This document shows positions 25,918 through 32,968 of a stretch of DNA of 64,000 nt, one piece after another (the first letter of the stretch is position 1; every line of letters starts with the position of its first letter). The stretch is from Pyrinomonadaceae bacterium. Lineage in GTDB: Bacteria; Acidobacteriota; Blastocatellia; Pyrinomonadales; Pyrinomonadaceae. Location: positions 1,116,913 through 1,180,912 of the forward strand of contig JBFWWI010000001.1 of assembly GCA_050246275.1 (NCBI GenBank). The letters are read 5' to 3'. The notes under the pieces were generated by a model. It was not told the origin of the DNA and did not search any database. It was given only the letters and a program-made list of their open reading frames with translations. The position numbers and the translations under genes are program-made.

Positions 25918-27348
25918 TTACGGATTCGCCGTGAAGTCGAACCCCGTTAGCTCGCCGGTAAGTGCCACCGATCTCGGTTCGAAGGTATAACGCCGCGACG
26001 ATACCGCCAGTTCGTAAGACTGACCGGTAAGAACATCATCGAATCGATAGTACCCGAACGTATTTGTCCGAAAGGTTCGCGCGCCACCTTGCGGATCGGT
26101 TAGGGTGACGAACGCCCCCGAGATCGGGCGGCCGGAAGAATCCATCACCCGCCCGGATATTGAAACTAAGGATGCGGTTACAGGACTTGAGCGGTTACCG
26201 ACGTTGTCGTCAGCGAATGCCTCCAACGAGTTAGCTGTCGGGACAAACGGAGCCGTGTAGATCTGGAAGCTAGCATCCCCGGCATATCGGTAATAGATCG
26301 TGCCGACACCAGATTCGGAATCCGTGGCATCAATGGAAACAAGCCCCGTAGCGCTATCCTTGGCAAAGCCGACAGCCGGAGCCGTGACATCCTGCGCCGC
26401 CGCCCCGCTGACCCGAACATGAGCGGGTACAACAACATCGTAGGTACCGTCGCCATTCGAATCGTAGCGAAGATCCGGCACACCTTGCGGGTCGAAGGTA
26501 AGCAGACACTCGACATCAGCAGGCAATTCAAGATCAATGTATCGAATCGCCAAATTGGGCGAGGTATTCCCGACCCCCTTCAGAATCTCAATATCGATCG
26601 AATCGGTCCCCGTGCGGAATTTTATTGTATAAGCGCCCTCGTCGGCCGGCATCGCTATCTCTTGATAGCTTCCCTCACCTTCGTATATCCCGCCCGCAAA
26701 GCTAACACCTGGGACGCCAAGCTCAAACCCGGCATCTCCGATCGGAGTATTTGTGATACCCGATTCATCGGTGATGGAAACTCGATCGCCGCCAGAGATA
26801 GATAAATAGTACCCTTGGTTCACTGTTGGTAATGTCGCTCCAGTCGGGCCATTCTTGTCGCGCGTCTTGATTATCATAGATGTTGTCTTGCTTTGCTGCA
26901 CAATCGACGGTTGGTAAGGCAGATCAAGAATATTCAGAATCTCCTGCCGAACGTCTTGAGCCTTTACGAGTCCCACATGGTCGCAAAGTGCATCTTCCGT
27001 CTTGTTTCGAGAAATGCATTTTGTAATCTCGGCTTCGGTAGAGTTATAGTTCAGACCCGTTTGGCAGTTCTCGATCTCGCAACGCTCGCTGCTCAAGTTG
27101 GGAACGGTTTTGTCACCGATACCTCTTTTCGAACGTAAACGCAACTCACGCCGGGCGTCAAATCGAGGCCTTTTCAACACCGGGGTCGCAATAAACCTAT
27201 CGACCGTATCAGCAGGCTCGAATCCAGTTCGCGGTCGGAGAATTCGAACGTGGCGTCTCGACACTAGAGGCTGCCCTTTCGAAAGGGTCGCCCGAACTTG
27301 TGTCGATAGCGGTCGATCCACGTTGGCATCCTGCAATGAACTCGTCAC
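25918..27348 (-). CDS. Protein with a C-terminal carboxypeptidase-regulatory-like (CarboxypepD_reg) domain; start uncertain, possibly N-terminally damaged
   Basis: The C-terminus ISGRVMDSSGRPISGAFVTLTDPQGGARTFRTNTFGYYRFDDVLTGQSYEL is typical of CarboxypepD_reg. GTIYYRYAGDASFQIYTAPF resembles the chitobiase C-terminal-like motif. The first ~90 aa are Arg-rich and there is no signal peptide. Confidence 0.55.
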   Translation of the reverse strand: MTSSLQDANVDRPLSTQVRATLSKGQPLVSRRHVRILRPRTGFEPADTVDRFIATPVLKRPRFDARRELRLRSKRGIGDKTVPNLSSERCEIENCQTGLNYNSTEAEITKCISRNKTEDALCDHVGLVKAQDVRQEILNILDLPYQPSIVQQSKTTSMIIKTRDKNGPTGATLPTVNQGYYLSISGGDRVSITDESGITNTPIGDAGFELGVPGVSFAGGIYEGEGSYQEIAMPADEGAYTIKFRTGTDSIDIEILKGVGNTSPNLAIRYIDLELPADVECLLTFDPQGVPDLRYDSNGDGTYDVVVPAHVRVSGAAAQDVTAPAVGFAKDSATGLVSIDATDSESGVGTIYYRYAGDASFQIYTAPFVPTANSLEAFADDNVGNRSSPVTASLVSISGRVMDSSGRPISGAFVTLTDPQGGARTFRTNTFGYYRFDDVLTGQSYELAVSSRRYTFEPRSVALTGELTGFDFTANP

Positions 27349-27470
27349 GATTCGATGCGATCATCAGTGAAGTTGGAATGGGAAAATAGCCCGCGAGATC
27401 GCGGATGAGCCAATGGCGGATGAGAGTTAACTCTGCGCGGACTCCCGCCGACGCAGGGGTGCCTCAACAA

Positions 27471-27502
27471 GTTAAGAAAGCCCCTTCGATCGCTCGAAGA
27501 GG
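27471..27502 (-). terminator. Terminator candidate after the repeat-peptide gene
   Basis: On the minus strand: CCTCTTCGA-gcga-TCGAAGGGG followed by CTTTCTTAA. Confidence 0.5.
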
Positions 27503-27579
27503 CCTAGGTGCGGGATACCTTGTAGTGCTTTACAAGGGGTTTCGTATTGTGAAAGTCGATCGATAATCGAGTCTAAGGG

Positions 27580-27897
27580 TTAGTCGCCGACGATGATCCC
27601 GGTCTTGTCGCCTACGATGATCCCGCATGTGCGGTCGCCTACGATGATACCCGTGCGGTCGCCTACGATGATGCCCGTGCGATCACCGACGATGATGCCT
27701 GTGGTAAAGAATGTAGCTACCTTGCCAAGGAATGACGTCACAACGCCGGGGTTTTCCTGTTTTTCACAAGTAGTCTCGTCTTTGCCCGTCGATCCGGTGC
27801 GGTCGCCGACGATGATCCCTGCATTAGCCGCGGTTGCTCCGAACATCAGCGTGAAAAGCATTAGTGTGGTCGGGATGAATCCTTTTAGTTTTGTCAT
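27580..27897 (-). CDS. Small secreted protein (105 aa) with six GIIVGD(R/K)T repeats
   Basis: GGAG RBS ahead of the ATG at 27897. Sec signal MTKLKGFIPTTLMLFTLMFGATAANA|G. The mature part starts with GIIVGDRT and ends with five tandem copies (GIIVGDRT x2, GIIVGDRTC, GIIVGDKT, terminal GIIVGD). Confidence 0.6.
   Translation of the reverse strand: MTKLKGFIPTTLMLFTLMFGATAANAGIIVGDRTGSTGKDETTCEKQENPGVVTSFLGKVATFFTTGIIVGDRTGIIVGDRTGIIVGDRTCGIIVGDKTGIIVGD
27583..27705. repeat. Five tandem 24-27 bp units encoding the GIIVGD(R/K)T repeats
   Basis: gtcgcc[g/t]acgatgat[c/a/g]cc... recurs five times. The copies differ mainly at synonymous positions (Gly GGG/GGT/GGC, Val GTA/GTC, Thr ACA/ACG/ACC). Confidence 0.85.
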
Positions 27898-28076
27898 TTT
27901 TTTCTTCTCCAGTTTCTTCAGTTTGTCCCGGAAGTTGATCGCTTCCTGCTGACCCGTATATTTCAATACACGTGCCACGATTTTCCTGGAGATCAAACGT
28001 ATTTGTAACCACTTTATCTGCTTAACTTACGGTCAGGGTTTCGACCCGGATGAGCCTTGTTTAGGGTTTGGCAGGG

Positions 28077-28097
28077 TTTGTATACGTGGTATACAAA
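28077..28097. promoter_or_regulatory. Perfect 9-3-9 inverted repeat TTTGTATAC-gtg-GTATACAAA in a divergent intergenic region
   Basis: Read directly. A further ACGTATAC copy lies near 28155. The repeat sits about midway between the repeat-peptide gene (minus) and the GGDEF-EAL gene (plus). Confidence 0.5.
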
Positions 28098-28287
28098 TGA
28101 GTTTTGCACTTCGGCTAAGAGTTGCAGTTTCAATTAGTTACGGTAATGGATAGCACGTATACACTAGAATTTGGCTACCTAGTATCCAGATTCCCACGTC
28201 GCCTAAAGAAATATCTATATTTTCCTCAGTTGAACGTGCTATCATTACTACGGCTTTTTACGCCCCACGCTTCCATATCCCTGTTCA

Positions 28288-30579
28288 ATGCAGACCACCA
28301 GCCAACTCCCGGATACGTTAAGGTTTCAGCCGACTGATCAATACAAGGTTGCGATCATCGTTGCGGGGTTGTCGTGTTTGATCTTTGCCCTGCTCACGAT
28401 ACCTGAGGGCGCATTGAGCCTTGGGTTCCTGGCTATCGTGGCATTCGCGATATTCGTCGCCCCGCGGATGAGCCTTACGCTCCCTCGCTCAAAGTTCTTT
28501 ATTAGCTTTTCCGAGTCGATAGTGTTCTTTGCATTTCTCGTCTATGGCGGCGAAACAGCTATCGTGGTCGCGTTCATCGAGACGTTTGCGAACTGCATTT
28601 TCCTGATGCGGAACAGCGGGCTCTCCGGAAAGTGGGTCATCCTTTGGAATTCGGCCTTGGGCTCACTGGTGGCGACATTCGTATTCGTCGCGTTTACATT
28701 TACGTCGAAAGCATATGGTGGGAGTGTCGCTCTCTCGGACACGCGTAATCTGATAATTGTGCTCGGCGTCCTCGCAATAACACATTTCCTCGCGACTTCG
28801 CTCCTGGTCTCTTTCTACAGGCGGATAAAAACGGAAGGCGCTAGCCTTTGGCAGATTTGGAAAAGGGAATGCCTGTCCACATCGATGGCACAGCTCACGG
28901 GTGCCGGGCTTGCAGGAGTGATCTACAAGCTGATCAACTACGCCGATCCGCTTGTGATGGCTGTGGCCGCCGCGGTGGTAGGCGTTTTTTATCTTAGCTA
29001 TCGGCAGTCCATCAGAGATATTAATTCTGCGTTCGAGCAGGTCGAAGAGGCCGAGCGGGAAAAGGCGGAAGCAGAACGCCAGAGAGCCGAGGCAGAGCGA
29101 ACACGGCGTGTGGAAGCAGAGGAGTTCGCAAATCAGCTGAGCGTGGCCCTTGCAAAAGAAGAGCAGGCAAATAAGGCCCTTAGAAAAAGCGAACGCGATT
29201 TTCAACATGCGGCTCTGCACGATTCGCTGACAACTCTCGCCAACCGAAAGCAGTTTGGCGACGTACTTCGCCGGTTGATCACTGATTATAAGGTCGACCC
29301 GTCAAACGAGTTCCAAGTACTTTTTCTCGACATACGCAGTTTTAAGAACATCAACGATACGCTCGGCCACACCATAGGCGACAAGGTTCTCGCCATCGCG
29401 GCAAAACGGTTCGTACGGATGCTCGACACCAAGGACACGGTGGCACGCATCGGTGGAGACGAGTTCGCGATCATTCTCCGAGGGCTCGGCTCGACCGCAA
29501 AGGCAGAAAAGGTCGCCCGCCGTATTTACCAGAACATCACACAGCCGTTTTCGCTAAGCGGCAACAGCATTACGGTGGACATCAATATCGGTATTGCCCC
29601 TTGCGATGTCGAATACGACACCCCGGAAGAGATACTTCGCGATGCGGATATCGCCATGCATTACGCGAAGGAGAAGGGGAACGGGCTGGCCGTCTTTACA
29701 AAAGAGCTGCGGTCGCGGTTTCTCGAACGCGTCCGGTTCGAGATGGACCTCCGTCACGCGATCGATCGCAACGAACTCATCCTTCATTATCAGCCGATCA
29801 TCTCATTGCAGGACGGCCAGCTGATCGGATTCGAGGCCTTGATCCGGTGGCACCACAGCGAATTTGGGCTTATTCCGCCAAGCAAGTTCATCCCTATCGC
29901 CGAAGATTCCGGCCTGATCAAGCCGATAACCGTCTGGATTCTCGAGGAAGCCTCGCGTCAGCTCGTTCGATGGCAGGGCCTCGCACCGGATTATAGATCC
30001 CTCATTGTGAGCGTAAATATCTCCGGCAAACATCTCGGCGACAACGATCTTATCGACGACGTGCAGCGGGCGCTCGAGATATCGAAGATCGACCCTTCAA
30101 CACTGAAACTGGAGATCACGGAAAGTGCGGCAATGGAAAGCCCTGACCACACGGTAAATATGCTGCACCGCCTGAAGCAAGTCGGGGTTCAGCTCAGCAT
30201 CGACGATTTTGGAACGGGATATTCCAGTCTCAGCCATCTGCACAAGCTTCCATTCGATACGCTCAAGATCGACCGCTCATTCGTGTACAGCGTAGGGGCT
30301 GCAGGCGAGAATTCCGAGATCTTGCAGACGATCATTTCGCTCGCTAAGAATCTGAAGATGCGCGTTGTGGCAGAAGGCATCGAGACCGCTTCTCAACTTG
30401 CACTGCTCCAAACGCTCGGTTGTGATTACGGCCAGGGCTTCCTTCTGGCTAAGCCAAAACCGCGTGAAGAGACCGAGGCTCTCCTGTATCAGCGACCCTC
30501 TTGGCTTCCTGAAGAACCACTCGTCGCCTATACCGAGCACATCTCAGAACCCGCCGATGCTCATCTGCCGGTATTTTGA
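28288..30579 (+). CDS. Membrane-bound GGDEF-EAL protein (diguanylate cyclase/c-di-GMP phosphodiesterase)
   Basis: Multi-TM N-terminus, coiled coil (EAEREKAEAERQRAEAER), RIGGDEFAIIL (GGDEF), EALIRW and DDFGTGYSSL (EAL). Confidence 0.9.
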   Translation: MQTTSQLPDTLRFQPTDQYKVAIIVAGLSCLIFALLTIPEGALSLGFLAIVAFAIFVAPRMSLTLPRSKFFISFSESIVFFAFLVYGGETAIVVAFIETFANCIFLMRNSGLSGKWVILWNSALGSLVATFVFVAFTFTSKAYGGSVALSDTRNLIIVLGVLAITHFLATSLLVSFYRRIKTEGASLWQIWKRECLSTSMAQLTGAGLAGVIYKLINYADPLVMAVAAAVVGVFYLSYRQSIRDINSAFEQVEEAEREKAEAERQRAEAERTRRVEAEEFANQLSVALAKEEQANKALRKSERDFQHAALHDSLTTLANRKQFGDVLRRLITDYKVDPSNEFQVLFLDIRSFKNINDTLGHTIGDKVLAIAAKRFVRMLDTKDTVARIGGDEFAIILRGLGSTAKAEKVARRIYQNITQPFSLSGNSITVDINIGIAPCDVEYDTPEEILRDADIAMHYAKEKGNGLAVFTKELRSRFLERVRFEMDLRHAIDRNELILHYQPIISLQDGQLIGFEALIRWHHSEFGLIPPSKFIPIAEDSGLIKPITVWILEEASRQLVRWQGLAPDYRSLIVSVNISGKHLGDNDLIDDVQRALEISKIDPSTLKLEITESAAMESPDHTVNMLHRLKQVGVQLSIDDFGTGYSSLSHLHKLPFDTLKIDRSFVYSVGAAGENSEILQTIISLAKNLKMRVVAEGIETASQLALLQTLGCDYGQGFLLAKPKPREETEALLYQRPSWLPEEPLVAYTEHISEPADAHLPVF

Positions 30580-30604
30580 TCTCACATTTTTGCTGATCTG
30601 TTGA

Positions 30605-30640
30605 AACGGTCCCGATCAGATCTCGGGGCCGTTTTCGTTT
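30605..30640 (+). terminator. Rho-independent terminator candidate
   Basis: AACGGTCCCGA-loop-TCGGGGCCGTT followed by TTCGTTT. Confidence 0.6.
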
Positions 30641-30784
30641 ACTGACCGTGGACGTGAAACGCAGAAGGTTCTTTCAGTTGATGCTGATGTGCGCGGCCGC
30701 CCAGCAACGTGACGTTGGCGTTAACTCGGCCAACGAATCTGTGCTATCTTAAGGTATACAAAACTGAGAGGTCACGTTATTTCT

Positions 30785-32905
30785 ATGTACAGAAAGCTCC
30801 TTCTGTCTCTTGTCGTAGTTTCGTTCATTACCGCTTCGATCCCCGGGCAGAATGGTGTGGGGTATCCGAAGGCGAAGAAGGTCGACCAGGTTGACGATTA
30901 CCATGGGGTGAAAGTGTCGGATCCATATCGCTGGATGGAAGACACGGCGTCGGCAGATACCCAAAGCTGGATCGAACAACAGAACAAGATCACCGATGCA
31001 TACCTCGCGACCATCCCCCAACGCGAAAAGATCAAAGCACGGCTCACCGAGCTCTGGAATTACGAACGCTACGGAGCTCCGTCAAAGATCGCGGATGGAT
31101 TTTACATCTATGCGAAGAATGACGGCCTGCAGAACCAGAGCGTTTGGTACCGTGCGAAGTCGATCGACGATCCCGGCGAGGTTTTCTTCGATCCAAATAA
31201 GCTCTCTACCGACGGCACTGCTGCGCTAAGTGGATCTTCGTTCACCGACGACGGCAAACTATGGGCATACGGTGTTGCAAGATCGGGCTCGGACCGCACC
31301 GAATGGAGGGTAATGAACGTCGAAACGGGCGAGTATCTGCCGGACACGCTGCGGCCCAACAGACAGGGCGGCGTCTCATGGTTACGGGACAACTCCGGTT
31401 TCTTTTACAGCCGCTTTCCGGACGCGTCCGAAGGTGCGGAGCTTAAGGGTGCCAACAAATTCCAAAAGATGTACTTTCATAAGCTCGGCACGCCGCAATC
31501 AGAGGACAAGGTCGTTTACGAACGTCCCGAAGACGGCGAGCTATTTATGGGCGGCGGCGTCACCGAGGACGGTAAATGGCTGGTCATGAGCGTTTCAAAG
31601 GGCACCCAGCGAATGAACGAGGTCCATTTCAAAGACCTCACACGGCCGGACTCGCCGATCGTTCCGCTCGTTAGTGACCGGAATAACAGCTGGTCGTTCG
31701 TTGGCAACGACGGACCGGTCTTCTATTTCCGCACGGACAAAGATGCAGAGCGCGGAAGGCTCGTAAGCGTGAACGTTCTCGCCCGTACGCGGGTGTGGAA
31801 CGAGATCATTCCCCAGGCGTCTGAGACGCTTAATGGGGTTCAGTTCATCAACGACCAGTTCGTCGCGAATTACCTCAAAGATGCCTACACCAACATCAAG
31901 ATCTACGACAAGAATGGAAAATTCGTCCGTGATGTCGCTCTTCCGGGGATCGGAACGGCGGGTGGGTTCGGCGGACGCCAGACAGACACGGAGACCTTTT
32001 ACACGTACTCGAGCTATAACGCACCGCCTACGATCTATCGTTACGATATGAAGACCGGCAAGAGCCGGCTCTTTCGTCAGGCTAAGGTCAAGTTCGATCC
32101 GTCTCTGTTCGAGGTGAAGCAGGTCTTCTATTCGAGCAAAGATGGGACAAAGGTGCCGATGTTCATTGTCCACAGAAAAGGCATCAAATTGGACGGCACC
32201 AATCCGACACTGCTTTACGGCTATGGCGGTTTTAACATTTCTATGACGCCGGGATTCTCGGTAGCCCGTTTGCCATGGCTGGAGATGGGCGGAGTGTATG
32301 CGGTCGCGAACATTCGCGGCGGAGCCGAGTATGGCAAGTCCTGGTGGGCGAACGGCGCCCGGTTGAAAAAGCAGAACACGTTCGACGACTTTATCGCAGC
32401 CGGCGAATGGCTGATCGCGAACAAATACACCAGTACCCCGAAACTTGCGATCCAGGGCGGGTCGAACGGCGGATTGCTGGTCGGAGCGGTACTGAATCAG
32501 CGGCCCGATCTTTTTGGGGCGGCACTTCCGGCGGTGGGTGTTATGGATATGGTGCGGTTTACCGAGTTTACGGTAGGGGCTGCGTGGAAATCAGATTACG
32601 GCGATCCGAAAGATCCGACCGATTTCAAAGTGCTCTACTCATATTCGCCGCTCCACAACATCAAGCCGGGCACAAAGTATCCGGCGACCTTGGTAACGAC
32701 CGCCGATACCGATGACCGTGTATTCCCGGCCCACAGCTTTAAGTATGCGGCCACGCTGCAGGAGGCTCAGGCAGGTAAGGCTCCGATATTGATCAGGATC
32801 GAGACAAAGGCCGGACATGGCGCCGGCAAGCCCACAACCAAGCAGATCGAGGAACAAGCCGACATTTACGGTTTCCTGGTAAAGGAACTGAAGGTAAGGA
32901 TGTGA
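30785..32905 (+). CDS. Prolyl oligopeptidase (S9A family)
   Basis: Signal peptide; DPYRWMED start of the propeller domain; catalytic GGSNGGLL; C-terminal DDRV...HGAGKP. Confidence 0.9.
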   Translation: MYRKLLLSLVVVSFITASIPGQNGVGYPKAKKVDQVDDYHGVKVSDPYRWMEDTASADTQSWIEQQNKITDAYLATIPQREKIKARLTELWNYERYGAPSKIADGFYIYAKNDGLQNQSVWYRAKSIDDPGEVFFDPNKLSTDGTAALSGSSFTDDGKLWAYGVARSGSDRTEWRVMNVETGEYLPDTLRPNRQGGVSWLRDNSGFFYSRFPDASEGAELKGANKFQKMYFHKLGTPQSEDKVVYERPEDGELFMGGGVTEDGKWLVMSVSKGTQRMNEVHFKDLTRPDSPIVPLVSDRNNSWSFVGNDGPVFYFRTDKDAERGRLVSVNVLARTRVWNEIIPQASETLNGVQFINDQFVANYLKDAYTNIKIYDKNGKFVRDVALPGIGTAGGFGGRQTDTETFYTYSSYNAPPTIYRYDMKTGKSRLFRQAKVKFDPSLFEVKQVFYSSKDGTKVPMFIVHRKGIKLDGTNPTLLYGYGGFNISMTPGFSVARLPWLEMGGVYAVANIRGGAEYGKSWWANGARLKKQNTFDDFIAAGEWLIANKYTSTPKLAIQGGSNGGLLVGAVLNQRPDLFGAALPAVGVMDMVRFTEFTVGAAWKSDYGDPKDPTDFKVLYSYSPLHNIKPGTKYPATLVTTADTDDRVFPAHSFKYAATLQEAQAGKAPILIRIETKAGHGAGKPTTKQIEEQADIYGFLVKELKVRM

Positions 32906-32926
32906 AGATCTTGCATTTGATTTAGG

Positions 32927-32958
32927 GGCACCTTGTTGATAACGCAGGTGCCTTTTCC
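32927..32958. terminator. Hairpin between convergent genes (possibly a bidirectional terminator)
   Basis: GGCACCT (32927-32933) pairs with AGGTGCC (32946-32952), followed by TTTTCC. Confidence 0.55.
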
Positions 32959-32968
32959 GCTTGTAACG

